From contig NIVC01000084.1 in NCBI GenBank assembly GCA_002269645.1, positions 186,001 through 250,000 on the forward strand: a stretch of DNA of 64,000 nucleotides, written 5' to 3'. The notes below the pieces were generated by a model, which worked only from the letters and a program-made list of their open reading frames with translations, did no database searches and was not told the DNA's origin. Positions 12,501-26,118 of the stretch are shown in pieces. The position numbers were made by a program, and so were the translations under genes. The stretch is from Macrostomum lignano. Lineage: Eukaryota. Positions within the stretch are counted from its first letter, which is position 1. Each line of letters begins with the position of its first letter.

Positions 12501-15500
12501 CCTAGGCCAGACAGAATCCCGGTAATGTAGGCAACCGGAAGGCTGACACGAGACAGTTGAGTGACTAGACGGGGTGAGTCTACCGGAGCTGAGCCACCTG
12601 ATGAAGTGGTTAGTGAAATTGTTAACATTACATGTATCAGTAGAGCTGTGAGCACCTAGCAGGCATAACATCTTCGCGGTGAAATCGTCCACTCATCTGA
12701 TTTTGAGCGAATACAAGCGCCCATGCATAGGCCAAGGACAACTTAAGTAGAAGGACGCAACACTCGAAATCCATGGTAAATGTTTTTGAAGGCAACTTCT
12801 CGATTTTCAACACCAAAACAGTGATTGGGTCTCTTAACAGTGTCAGAGAAAGTTCTAATCACACTATTTTGTGCCTCACATGCTGCTCTAACAACGCATT
12901 AATCGATTTTTCATGTTAAAATGGTCTGTCATTATTTTAAACGTATTTCAAAAATAATAAAAAACAAAATAACAATATTAGTGTAAAAACAAGAATAAAA
13001 TAAAATAAAATAAACCAAATAAAATAAAAAATTAATAAAAAAATAAAAATAAACCATTTACCATAGATTTCGAGTGTTGCATCCTATATATATGTTACTT
13101 GAGTTGTCCTTGGCATAGGCACGATAGACAATACTCGGGGTACCTCGGATATCTTCAAGTCCTACATCGATATCAACATGAGCCCCTAGAATCTCTCAAA
13201 ATCATGACGCAAAGAGCGCCTCCCAAAAAAGTTACGGTAGTCACATCCTTTTTTTCAAGTTAAAGTACAAAAGTCTTGAAACAAAGGTTATGTCGAAAAG
13301 AAAGACATTTCTTTTGTGCTCGGTTATTCAGTCGATCTGTGCATGTTAATGGTTAAAGCTGTTTTATTCTCCGCAGTTACTGACAGGTGTGCTTCAAATC
13401 ACGCATGTTTCTGTAGGCCTATCAAGGTATTTCAATCTTCAATGCTATCAAGTTCGTAGGCTTTGAAATGTGCAATTGTTTCCAACGGTGAATAGTTTGA
13501 CCAACGCTTTGTTGTTGAATAGCAACAATAGATGATGTCCATCAAAAAGTGAATTAGATTGCTGGCCTTTTTTGACATTGGAGTAGAAAATCATTAACTT
13601 AGAGAACTGACTATCTACTCAAGTTCACTCATACTACTCAAATCTAAAGGTATCGTGTGACACTGGGAACAGACAGAAGTAGATGATAACTAAGCAGAAT
13701 TTTTCAATATTTTGGGGTTCAGAAAGTTAAGATGCCAAAAAAGTCAAATTAGATAGGATATTTTAATAGCGAAAGTGAATTTGATCGTTGCAGATGCAGA
13801 CTTGAGGCTGTTACTTGTTTTTTTTCTAATGAGAATTCCTCATTATGAAAATGGATTTTTCTATTGATTGGAATATTGATTGGTTTTATTTGAGCTCTGC
13901 TGGCATACAGGCTAAGCGCAGATTTTAATGGAATATTTTCCATTTATTAATTTAGAAAAGCCATATCTATACATCTAACTCCATCTAGGAGTAAAATGAA
14001 AATGATCATTATTTTCGTTTTGTTTATGCTAAGCAGCTAAACCGAGTAATGACTATATCTCTCAAAAGAGCGATGAAAATCACTTTTTAGCTATACATTG
14101 CATTGTCTCACCTGCAAACCAAAAGGATTTCTGCCAATCAGTGGCACCTGTCGTTGGCTCATAGATGCCAATCAAGTCCCGCGCAAGACCTGCATAAGTT
14201 ACGGGTAGCTAGTTAAGACATTTTCGTTCAACAACTAATACATTTTACGAGAAACGCAAAAACCGATATGATTGACGCTGAAAAATTTTCGAATCAATCA
14301 CATGGTTTTGTACTAGAAGCGTCTGTGATAATGTGCAAATTATATGTGTTTTCGATAATTTTTTTCAGTGCAATCGGCACCGTAGTTACCTCGAATCTGG
14401 TAGATGTAAATCTTAGCAGTTCGATCGCCTCTTGAGTCGAACTTAACTCGACCCTGCAAGTTATTATATGCAATAATTGCGATCGCAGTTATAAACAGTT
14501 TAATCAAAAATTAAGTGCGAATATTCGTTAGGTTAGACCGTGTGTTCGAGACAAAATCACCCACCGACAGACCAGCAAAGTCAAGACGAAGAACATTGCT
14601 AAATAGCCGGCGTTTGAATGCGTCATCGCCAAGCTGCACAGGTTCAGCCGTGTAGTTGCAACCGTCGGCCAGAGTAGCATTTATGGCCAGGGCGGCGGCC
14701 ATGACCGCATCGAAACGAAGGTCGAAGCCGAGAATGCTCGTCTGCTGTGGTGCCACCGTCTGGTTACCGAATTCCAGCATAAAATCCTGGTAGCTCTCAT
14801 TCCGGGTCTGAAATTTTACAAAAAGAGTTATCTAAGGTTTTCATCCGAGTCCCGACAGACTCTTTTGAACAGTAGGCTGACGTAGCGCAGCGCTTGCTTC
14901 AATATCGGCAACGAGTGAGTTACAAACGCTGACTATGTATCTCTGTGAACGCTTGATCCATCCAAGCGACCTGTTGCGCCGTTGGCGACTCCCTCCAGCT
15001 GGCAGGTTCCGCTCTCGCGTTCACGTTCGCGCTGAGTAGCTGAACGCCTAAGACAGTCATACTCGTATGCGAGATAATATTAAGCCGATGCTCCAACCAC
15101 TAGTCTAGGGCGTATAACCCCTCTGGCTACAACCTAAATGAAATGGCTCAATTTGTTACGATGCGAACGAACGAACTAACTAACGAATCAAACCCTGGGA
15201 GACTTTTGAGTTGGATTTTGACCTAGCAGTGAGCTTACCCGACCAGTGATGTCGGCAGGGTGAATCACGGCAGGATCATTGACGTCGCTATCGAATTCAA
15301 TAGAGCCCTCCATGGCGAGCTGCCTATCGGAGTCTGGGCAGGACTGCTCAACTTGCATCCGGCTTGTGAATGGAAAGCCAATCTGCAGCCACTGGTACTT
15401 TGGGCCATAGGCGCCGATCTTTTTGATCTGAGGAACAGGTACACGTTGACTTGAAGCTCTACGAGCGTATTACGACGTACAGAGCCCTTTTTTTTGTTTG

Positions 15501-18500
15501 AATAATTGTAACACAATCAAGTTTACGAAGAGAACGTAACACTTCAAGTCAGATTACAGACAAAACAAGTTACACTTGGACATCAAAGAGCAGGGGTTAT
15601 TGAGTTTTACACAGGCGCCAAAGGTGCCAAAGGCGGCAGTGCCCGAAGCTTCGTGAAGACTTATTAACTATCTAATTGAAAATAAATTTGATCCTAGTTC
15701 CGAACATTACAGATCTATCTCGCTAATGAATTTCAACGCGAAATATTTTAAGCCATAAAAATTCAACTCACTAGACAGTCGAATCGTTTGTCTGGACTCT
15801 CTTCGGCCATGCTGCGCACCACAACAAAGATTCGAATGTCATTTTTCTGCGTAGAAAAAAAAGATAAAACCGTTATAAGTTCTGTGCGCACCGTTGATTT
15901 ATAAACTACTTGAGTAGCTACTCTTACCACAAGTCGATTGATGGCGTCAGTGGCGTCGTTGCTAAAGATTGCTTTCTGATAGGACGTGATGTTCTGCGCA
16001 GTCAGAGTGGCCTCCAGCTCCAGTGTTATCTACGGAACAGGGTTGATTTTTTCGGGTGCTTGTACGAGGGTCATACTGAAAGTCTTGAGACCTGACCAGT
16101 TGATTTCTTTATCAGAACTTCTCAAGTTGTTCTCAATTGCCTGCATGCATTTGGCTATCCTCTCAGACCAACTCGCGAAGGTCTCAACCCACTTTTCCTG
16201 AGACAACTCCATGAGAGCATCTTCGTAGATTACTAAAATTGAGTTCCTCGCAGGCGACTCTTGACATGAGGGAAGCGAAAGACGTTGCAGGATGCTAGGT
16301 CAGGAGAATAAGACGGATTTAAGAGACGTTGTCTGGCACCCAAACGGCACATCGCTTGGTGGCACCCAGGTTGATCTTTTGATATGGATGTCACTGCTGC
16401 CGATTCAATGCCGAGTGTCTCTCGAATCTCCTGGATGTCACTCTCCTGTCCTTCACAACCGTTCTCTTTGCAGCATTTTCCTTTGTGACTGCAGTTGATT
16501 GGCGTCCTCATCTTCAAGACTGCTTCTGCCCCGCTTGCTCTCAGCGAATCAGTGAAATACTGTGAAACTCTAGAAGATGCAGTGCATCAAAAATCAGAAC
16601 GCAAACTTTTAACACACTGCTCTTAGACAAGCCCTTCAGGCAGGTTGGTCATAAATGATCAGTAACATGGTCAGTTTCATGTCCCAATTGCTGCAATTGG
16701 ATTACGCTTTCGACTTCGAATCGCTACGTATAAAGACAGGTTGGGGCCAGAGACAACACGCAATTTTGGACTGAGAAGCTCGACTGAAAAACGAGCTAGC
16801 TTAGAGTCGGACATCCAAATTTGTACGAGCAGTGAGCAGTGCGCCTATACAAAACGAATGTGAGCCCTGGCGAAATCCGACCCAGAAGATGATGCCTCTG
16901 GTCTTCATTCGCCTGAGTGGAAAGCCTATTTAAGTAAAGACTGAAGAGAATAAATCTCTGAATAACCTATTGTATGGGCAATTGTTCAAACAAATTGCAT
17001 TAGCATGTACGAGCAAAAGCTTCTATAATTATACTGTATTGAGCCCGGATGAAGGATTGGGAAACGAAGGCTACAATAAAAATTTCTCCCTTTCAATTCC
17101 GATATCGTATGAGTCTACTTCAGCCTGTAGACAACTGAGTGCCCTGGTCTGCACCAGAATTTTCAAAAAGACAAATGCACGTAATTCCCTGCTCAGCTAT
17201 CGGCTGTCAAGAGCCATAGAAGAGGCCATTGAGCAGCCCTAAATATCTTTAACTGTTCCGCTGTATTAAACGTAAAATAGATTAGTTGAAAGGACCATGC
17301 TTGCCTAAAAGCAATTTTAGGCGTTTTTATTTTGTTTTTTTAGAAATACTTGATCAAATTTTCTGACCTTGCATGATATTGTTAGTTAACATAGGCATCA
17401 CGGAGCTGCATGTGACCGAATTTTTACAGGCGCAGATTTAAACCGAGTTACATATGTAAATGTTGCATTGGCAGACTTCACGACAATGGATAAGTTATAT
17501 TCAGCTTTGTCCCTTTTTACAACTTGCTTAGATTATTCAAGTTGTAATGCGTATGAGCCCGAATAGACTGTAGAAACTTGATACTTATTTCATAGTGTGA
17601 CACTGTAGTTAACACCTACAAATGCACAAAAATTCCGTATAGCAAAATAAAACTGCAAAATTTGTTTTAATTAATCCAAGTTAAACATACCGGATAAAAA
17701 ATCGGCGAATCTGTAGTGATAATTCCAATCTTTTTCCAACGGAACAGTTTCAGTAGGTTGACAGCAGGCGCAATATAGATGCTATTGGTGATGGCCATTC
17801 TGATGAAGAACGGATAAGTTGCCTTGTCGCTTAGAGCTGGCGATGTGTTCGAGTACCCGATCTGGATGAGAGCAATCAGTAGTGGTTGGCTGGGTGATTC
17901 GTCATTTATTTAGGTAGCCACTTGCTCGAGAGTGACTTCTATGACTCGTATTTAGCATGACACTTAGGAATCATAACCCCTTCTAGGTAGTTAATTACAC
18001 TCTCACGGAAGTCCTACATTGCATTACTTTATTGCATTTTTATTTAAGCTCACCTGAGGCAGGTAATAATACTGAGCCAGGTCAGCCACAACCTGGGACT
18101 GATGAGAGTAGGTCGCTCCCAGCAATATCGCCTTGTTAAAGCCCCTCAGGTAGCCGTCGATGAATGCTTTGGAAGCGCTGCCAGATTTTTGCTGCGGAAG
18201 AAAATCCAAACAAAGCTAATATTTGTTTTATTAGAGTGCGCTTCTGTGTTGCCTGGCTATCGTTGTCTCGGAGATAAGCAGTACCAGTGCACAGGGGACT
18301 GCAAAACTTGCTTTTAAAGCCTATATGTGGATGCATAGTGTGAATGTTTTGATAACTGCAATAATTTAAGAAGCATTCAGCATTCGTGAATTGTCAAATT
18401 GAAATTTCGTTTACATTAATTGGACAAATCTGACTGCATGCGTTGAGAGACACTGAAACCAGTAGCATACATACTTGTGTATTTGCTCCATTGCTTTTTC

Positions 18501-19011
18501 TTTACGGTACAAGTGTACCGTATTGATTTGGCAGCAGCAAAAAAAGAGCTGCAGAAACAAAGAGAAAAAGAAGGCCTACACAGATCAAACGATCAGAAAG
18601 AGAGAGACGAGTCTTTAATTTCCTTGTTGGGACACAACGAAAGGTCCAACAGAAACCTGGTTTGAGCAACTGGCATCAACCTCCGAAAGTCAAAGAGGCG
18701 AAAAACTAAGCCAAGAGTAGAAGCAACAGATTGATTTCAAATGAGCATTCAGCAGCAATAGCAGCACTGACCCCTGCAGCGAATCGAAACTCGGGCACCA
18801 GCTGCATTGTCGGAAACAAATCCTCGCGACTGTTCACGTAGTCGATCGAATAGTTCAAGAAGAAGACATCGTTGTAAAACAGTTCGGCTGTGCTGCCTAC
18901 GAGCAGGATGTGAACCGACTGTCGTGACGGGGCGGCCAGGTGGACGCTTCTCTCCGAAATTTGGCTGCATAGAATTAGGGCTATGGATAGTACGAGCCGT
19001 AGAAATCGCAT
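8845..19011 (-). CDS. GABA-B receptor-like class C GPCR (VFT + 7TM), multi-exon
   Basis: Exons (minus): 19011-18772 (signal peptide MRFLRLVLSIALILC), 18191-18054, 17861-17691, tentative 17526-17452, 15846-15772, 15427-15239, 14807-14565, 14453-14390, 14189-14112, 12597-12212, 10641-10519, 10428-10332, 10044-9806, 8955-8845. GT-AG and phase-consistent. Motifs: GYSNTSPALSD..YPFF, GRVKFDSRGDR, IRLSSPYVN, AKTWRVHRIF, FGIFFAWETR.V..LNDSKTIG..VYN. Confidence 0.9.
9030..9615. repeat. (GTTA/GTCA)n tetranucleotide microsatellite, last intron of the GABA-B-like gene
   Basis: Direct reading. Confidence 0.95.
10765..12195. repeat. 15-bp minisatellite (ACCATCTCTGCTTCT), ~95 copies, intronic
   Basis: 5-aa period (MVEAE / DGRSR); variant gradient from one end to the other. 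Confidence 0.95.
12722..13123. mobile_element. MITE-like element with ~60-bp imperfect terminal inverted repeats and an A-rich centre
   Basis: 12722-12782 (..GCCAAGGACAACTTAAGTA..GGACGCAACACTCGAAATCCATGGTAAATG) is the inverted counterpart of 13055-13123. No clear TSD. Confidence 0.6.
16030..16600 (-). pseudogene. Degenerate mariner transposase remnant in a GABA-B-like intron
   Basis: PSYSPDLASCNVFRFPHVKSRLRGTQF and LSQEKWVETFASWSERIAKC resemble the mariner YSPDLAP motif and C-terminal helix. Frames broken; ends not resolved. Confidence 0.7.
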
Positions 19012-19229
19012 CGTCAGCAGAGTAGAAGAGCTTTGCAGCTGGCTTTTAACAAATGCGTCGTATTCTTGGTCAGGATATCTACTCTTCCTGTCCCTAGGAG
19101 ACACTCCTGGTTTCTCTTCTGCAGATATTTAACTCTTAAAACCGGTAGCTGCTCCATACAGAGCAGCCTCTTATTGGATAGATAATGCCACAGCCAATTG
19201 ACGGTGACACCGTCATCTACGAGTATATT

Positions 19230-19713
<484 letters not shown>

Positions 19714-20624
19714 TGCATATATGGTAAAATATTGCAGAGGTCCCTACTTACGAGTACATTTAAACAGGTGTAAAATATATATTGTATTTTGGTTGAGAAA
19801 TTTGTTGGCCTTGGCCTGTGTCGAATTCATCGTCATGACTTCATGAATTCATGACTTACTCGTTCGCTATCTATCTACTTTATGAACTTTCATAACGCCC
19901 ACTTGCTGCCTGCTATAGTTGATGAGATTTTATAAATTTCACGTCTTAATCGTTCCCTAACCGAAATTTCCCGGTCAGTTAGCCAGAGGGACTTGTTGCC
20001 GGTTCTGTCATAAGCGTCATTGCTGTGCATTTTTAATATTGCATCAAAAAAGCTAAAAAGTAGTAAGAAAGCTCAATGAAGGAACTTTGTATCCTACGAG
20101 ATTAGGCTTCGCGGAATGACAGCTGTACTTCTACTATCGTAGGCGGTTTTGCATTTCGGTTATATAGTAAAGAGGTTAGTGTATCCATAGTGTCTGCTAC
20201 ATCTGAGCCCGTGTTTCTGAATTGTCCCAATGCTTCTCTACAGTCTTCTCCACCGCTTGACACACACAAGTTGGGGCCCGAGCTATAGAGAATAAGAACG
20301 CTGGCATAAAGAAAGCTGGGCTGCTGGCTGCACTGTATTGGAGTTCTTGTTGGGTTAGGGCTTTTGCAGCACAATAAAGAGCAAGGCAGAAAGGCAAATC
20401 GTACCCGCACACTCGCACACACCCAATTGCGACTGGCAGACAATGAGATTTCGGTCTGTGCGCTCGAAACGACCCTCGAGGCTTTCTGCTTTTCTTTATA
20501 ACAGCAAAAATGCCCAGCTTTAGAGCCACTTAGTGCAAGAAAAAAGAAGCTTGTTGAGTAAAATTTACTAGATACTTCTATATTACTGGCCCCCTGCTGA
20601 CATCATCGATTTATCGAGGTCATA

Positions 20625-22004
20625 ATGCATCTGGAGCGTCTGATACTTCTGCTGGTCCTACCATCGTGCATTTCAATTTTTCCTAGCGTTGTCGCATCGT
20701 CCTCGGGCCAGCTGGGGCCGAAGAACACCATCTACGATGGCCTACTGGCTTATTTATTTGAAAACGAGACAACGCCGTACAAGGCGAATGCCATGCCAAT
20801 CTGCGAGCTGGGAAAGAAGCTGAAGATTCAACAGGATATGCTGCTTATTCAGCTGTTCGATCTTGACGAACCAACCCAGATGCTCACGGTTGACGTCTGG
20901 GTTGAATCGACATGGAAAGACTGTCGGCTGACATGGGATCCGAAGCGCTTTAACAATATTGATAACTTTGTCATCAAGGCGGAAGAGATCTGGTACCCCG
21001 ATCTTATATTCTACGAGTCCCTGCACGGAAACTTCGAAGAGGGCATGTTCATCTACGGCGAGTCCAAGGCCAGAATCTTTAGCGACGGCTCCATTCAGCT
21101 AGGAGCTCAGGCCGTGTTCAAGTCTTTCTGTCGGATCAACATAGCGCAGTTTCCGTACGATAGACAGCGCTGCAACATCACGTTCAGCTCTTGGACGAAG
21201 GATACCAGCAATTTCTTGCTTGTTAAGAAGGAAGAAGCGCCCGGCAAAAAAGAAGATCATGCTTTTGTCAGTGCCAGCAACGGTGAGTGGATGGTGGAGG
21301 GTTTCCCATCCTTCGATCGCGTAGCGGACAGAAAAGTCGGTCTCGATGAGGCTTCTGGTCGTTCGAGACAATACAGCGAGGTTGCTTTCCAACTGCGGCT
21401 CAAGCGAAAGTACATGTTCCAGCAGATCTATATGCTGTTCCCGTGCATGCTGCTCACTTGGCTGACGCTATTCGTCTTTATCATGCCAACCGAGTGCGGC
21501 GAGAAGATAGCTTACGTCACCACTATTCTACTGTCGCTGATGGTTTTCTTATTGATGGTGTCGGACAACATTCCCCGATCAGGCGACGCTGTACCGGTGC
21601 TAGGAATCTACTTCTGCATAGCCATAGCACTAGTGAGCCTCGCCAACATCAAGACTATAATCAGCTACAACATATCGCTGAAGGGTAAGGACTTCTGCAT
21701 GCCAGCTTGCTTCATTAAGATACTGGAAAGCGGCAAGTACGTCGGATTGCCGCTGACGCATCACAATGAGGCCGCTGTCAAAGTCATATCGTTCGCGATG
21801 AAGCCACGCCAGGCCGGACAGAATCCGGTGACGCGTCACGAGGACTCCGAGGTGCCGCTGTCGACGACAAACCCAGAGAGTCATTTCGGACAGGATGAGA
21901 ATAAATGGCGTTTTCTAGGAATCATTTTGGACAGAGTTTTTCTCATCATTTACTTTGTTTTGAATCTGGCTGTGTCAATCTGGATTTTGACCAGAGGCGA
22001 CTAG
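20625..22004 (+). CDS. Intronless nicotinic acetylcholine receptor-like subunit, non-alpha, predicted cation-selective
   Basis: Signal peptide; WYPDL loop A; Cys-loop CRINIAQFPYDRQRC; SSWT loop B; PTECGEKI-M2; four TM segments; AATAAA motifs downstream. No vicinal CC in loop C. Confidence 0.93.
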   Translation: MHLERLILLLVLPSCISIFPSVVASSSGQLGPKNTIYDGLLAYLFENETTPYKANAMPICELGKKLKIQQDMLLIQLFDLDEPTQMLTVDVWVESTWKDCRLTWDPKRFNNIDNFVIKAEEIWYPDLIFYESLHGNFEEGMFIYGESKARIFSDGSIQLGAQAVFKSFCRINIAQFPYDRQRCNITFSSWTKDTSNFLLVKKEEAPGKKEDHAFVSASNGEWMVEGFPSFDRVADRKVGLDEASGRSRQYSEVAFQLRLKRKYMFQQIYMLFPCMLLTWLTLFVFIMPTECGEKIAYVTTILLSLMVFLLMVSDNIPRSGDAVPVLGIYFCIAIALVSLANIKTIISYNISLKGKDFCMPACFIKILESGKYVGLPLTHHNEAAVKVISFAMKPRQAGQNPVTRHEDSEVPLSTTNPESHFGQDENKWRFLGIILDRVFLIIYFVLNLAVSIWILTRGD

Positions 22005-23869
22005 AAGAATAAATTCGATTAGGTTTGAGCGACTGCTGCCGTGTTTCGATTCTCCAAATGTTGTCAAGTTCAATAAAAATTGGAAGTATGATTGCTTTTT
22101 TAGCTCTGGATTAAAAACTTCTGTAGCGTATTCAAAGTAGCTTAAATGATTTTACGTTGTCCATTTTATCACAATAAGTTTAAAATATTGATTAGAAATG
22201 CATGTAAAAACACTTTTTGATGAATGTACCAATCTATTTTGTTTTTATTCCTAAATTTTGTTTCAGTTTCTGATAATCAAACTTCAATAATTTCAACTTC
22301 GATCTATAGTTATCCTTCTTCATGTTCGCATCGCAAAGACGTGAAGAAGCCAGCTGAATTTCAACTTGTTTTACCTTTAGCACCCAGTTTTAAACTCGAT
22401 TTGGCAAATGCAAAATTACCAATTTGAGTTGATAAAGCTGACTGATTTCTATATGGCGTCTAACCATAAAAGTTGTTCTTGTTTTCATGGCAAATTCCTT
22501 TTTTCGCAATCGTAATCATTTTTTCGATCTTTTTATACACAGAGTCCATACATGTAGTCACCTAGTGCCACCTGCAGAAGGTTCCGACGGCGCCGGGATG
22601 ATCACCTATTGCTTGAGTAAACTGTTGAAGATGTCCAGCAGTTTAGCTTAATCAGAAAATTCCAACAGTCGCAATAACAGGGTGTGTTCATAAAGTCATC
22701 TGGTGCCACCTGTTGAAGGTCCAAAGACTCTGCCTAAGTGAAGGATAGATCGAGACTCAGGTGAAATGCTGCAGATTATACAAGTGGGGTGTACTGAACG
22801 CACTAACCACTCACATGTACAGAAAAAATCTGACAGAATCGCTGAACAACCCGACGGTCTGGGAGGTTTTCGACTTGATGTTTGTCAGATTCTTGCTTAA
22901 CTTCTTGTGCCTGTGTTGCTGTGCATGTTTAACTTCTTGTGCCTGTGTTGCTCCGTTCAAGCGCAGCAAAATCTAGTCAGGGTCAAGGCGATTAAGCTTC
23001 TACTGTTAACGATCATTCTCCGTTTCCAAAATGGAATCAAACAAAAATCCAATTTTTCGTGACATATAGAAAGAATAGCTACTAACGCCAGCAGCAACGA
23101 GTGCATACATAGCGTATTTAGCTAACAGTCAAATACAGTAAGTACACATCATCACTACACTATTTGCCCACTGAGGAGGATCGATCATCAAGACGACAAG
23201 ATTACCAGCTGCTGCAAGTTCTTGGATATGAAACTTATTTGCAGCGCTCAATTGTTCCGTTCCACACGTCTTTTCCTGTACGTCTTTCCGGCATGCAAGA
23301 ACAAATTAAGCCTTCGCATAGGGGAATCGAACAGCAACAACCCGAACTCAATTTCCTATTTCCATATCTGACAGAAGTTCTGCCAATTTTTTCACGGATA
23401 TGAGTGTCACTTAATTTGATCCTGAAAAGCTTTCGTTGACGATCGATACTTCTCTGCGCGTGTATCGAAGAATATTTTTGTAAGCTGCAGATATCGTAGG
23501 TCAGGCCTCAGTATACAATTATTAGTACATGATTAATACATTGTAAGTCATCCGCATATATTGAACATTATACATTTAAGAAAGAATGTCTTTACAAAGC
23601 TTAAAGCAAATAATTTACGAGCGCATACCTAATTGTACAATTTCTGCGAGATAGATATGTACATGAGATAAACAAACATTCGAATAGTAAACTTATTACA
23701 AATTTAAACAATTAATTCAACGTTGCTGCTAGTCTCTTAATTAATTTATCGAACAATCAGTTCCAATTTCAACCACGCATCTCGATCATAATAGTCGAAA
23801 TCATGCATTAAAACTACAGATCTGTGCTTCTCATACATGTAAAGTAACGATCATCAATGCAACGGCGCT

Positions 23870-24290
23870 ATACCTGACCGGCGATACACCAGAGGCGCGG
23901 TCGAGAAAAGAGCTGCGCGACTTCTTCGCTGATATTGTCAACGCGCCGCGCCACCGCCTTTGCCAGAAGCGATGCCATTGCCGCTCGAGACGGCGCTGCG
24001 GTCGAAGGAGGATTCAAGGCCTCTGACCTGCCTGCCGAGATCAACTACCGAGACGTTGCCGGGGAGGCAATCATGCTTACCCGTTGCCAGCGGTTCCTGT
24101 ACCTCAGCGGCCTCGTGCCGGACGTTGCCGACGATCTGGTGGCCTGGGTCGTCTTTCGTTCTGTGCGCTCCGTGCTACATTCTAAGACCCAGCTGGAAGA
24201 CGGGCTCAAGGCTTGGCTGTTTCAGGCAGTCGTTGACACTGCCTTGTTGTACAACGCCGAGACTTTTGGAGAAGCAGCTGGACGCTGCGC
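23870..24290 (+). pseudogene. Degenerate non-LTR retrotransposon reverse-transcriptase C-terminal relic (RTE-like)
   Basis: RFLYLSG (cf. FxYLGS) and KAWLFQAVVDTALLYNAETF (cf. K..LF.A.V.S.LLYG.ETW). Confidence 0.5.
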
Positions 24291-24588
24291 ATGCATATAT
24301 TTCTGTCTATGACAGATAGGTTTTATAATCGCATTTCATGTACGCCCATGCATGTTCCAGCATACACGCTTTGAATTTATTTTTCAGTTATTTGATTTAT
24401 TTGCTGAGTTTGCTAATAAATTTTAAATTACTTGCACGCTATTTTAATACATGTTGCCAATTTTAAATATGTAGTAAAAAGTCACAACTACGAGGTGTAT
24501 CCCAAAAGTAAGTTTCGGTCAGCTGCTAACAGGGAGCAATTAGTTTTAAAAAACGTAAACTTTGTCAAACCACAACTTAAAGTATTTG

Positions 24589-25656
24589 TCACTCCATAAA
24601 TCGGCCGCCAAGCTCAACGCACTTTTCCCAGCGACGTACCCACGCTTCAAAGGCGGGCCTGCAGCCGGCGATCGCCAGATGTCGGAGAGCTGATGAAGCG
24701 TTGTTCACCTGCTCCTCAGATCCGAAACGCTGGCCACGAAGGCTCTCTTTCATCTTCGGGAACAGATATGTAGAAGTCTGCCGGAGCCAAATCAGGCGAG
24801 TAGCGCGGGTGACGGAGAATTTCCCAGTTCCACGAGCCGAGCAGCTCTTTAACCCGTCTGGCCCGATGCACCGGGGCGTTGTCGTGATGGAATATGACGC
24901 CTCTCTCCAGAAGGCCCGGCCGCTTTTTCCTTATCGCTGGTCGCAGTTTCTCTTGAAGCATCCATCGATAGTACTCAGCATTCACTTTGGTACCCATAGG
25001 CACAGGCCAGTCCAGAATGATCCCGTCAATGTAAAAAAAATTATGTGCATCACCTTCAATGAGCCTTGCTTGCGTCGCACCTTCTCGGGACTCGCCGATC
25101 CTATCGGAAGCCACTGCGCTGACTGCCGCTTCAGCTCTGGGTCTCATTCGTTGACCCACGTCTCGTCTCCAGTCACTATTCTACCGAGAAATCCGTCGCC
25201 TTCACGACGAACCCGACGGAGGCAGTCCCGGGACACCACCACCCGCTCCTCCATCTGCTCGTCAGTCAGCAGGTGTGGCACCCATTTGGCGAAAAGCTTT
25301 TGTAGGCCTAAATTCTCGGTCAGAATGCGGTGCACAGTGCTGTGGGGAATGCCGAGGAGTTCCTCCAGCTCACTGCATGTCCTTCTGTTGTCTTCACTCA
25401 CAGAAGCCATCACGCGATCAGCATTGGAATCCGTTGTCGCAGTCCTTGGTCGTCCAGAACGCTCTTTGTCCTCCATGCAGTCCCGTCCTTCTTGAATTTC
25501 TCGCACCCACTTCCTGACCGTTTGAATGGATGGTGCAGCTTCACCTAGGACTCTCACGAGTTCTTGATGAATCTCTGGTGTCGATTTTCCAGGCAGCACA
25601 GAAAACTTGATGATGCTTCGAACGTCATAGCGAGAGAACGAGCTGGACGCGGCCAT
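24589..25656 (-). pseudogene. Mariner transposase, frameshifted
   Basis: HTH with RSGRP, WVPHLL, VTGDETW, HHDNAPVH, HPRYSPDLAPADF. Reading frame broken after DETWVNE, around 25030 and around 24770. Confidence 0.92.
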
Positions 25657-26118
25657 CGTTGCAAAGGGTTGTGTGCTTGGGTTGCAGCCATGCAGCTCGA
25701 GAACAAGCTAGGACTTAGCGACTTGTTTAGGGTTGGAACATAGACAAAAAAGAAAGCAACAACGTACGTGGCACTTAGCTAAGCCTCTTGGGTGCCGAGT
25801 TACATATGAGGGAAACTTACTTTTGATGAGGACGCACTTTTTCCCAAATCCCGCGCTAGCACATGGGCTCTAAACGTACTTGCCTACTAACAGTGGGCAA
25901 TGTAATATTCCTGCACGAAAACGAGTGCGTCAATGGCAAAAGCACGAGTGCGCGAAGCGCACGAGTGCATTTTGCCATAGACGCACGAGTTTGCGTGTAG
26001 GAAAATCATTGTCTTTTGACCATAGACAAAGTCATTCCTGCACGGTTTTCGAGAAACGTTAAGAAGAGATGAAAATTGAGTGGAGAGTTTATAGAAAAGT
26101 GTATAAAGCTTATTGACT

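Noticed and set aside
20102-20529. Minus-strand ORFs upstream of the nAChR
   Set aside because: No recognisable domain or consistent splice structure; likely promoter or UTR sequence.
22555-22725. Twice-repeated GTGCCACCTG..GAAGG motif resembling a CTCF site
   Set aside because: Partial match only, two copies; no supporting context.
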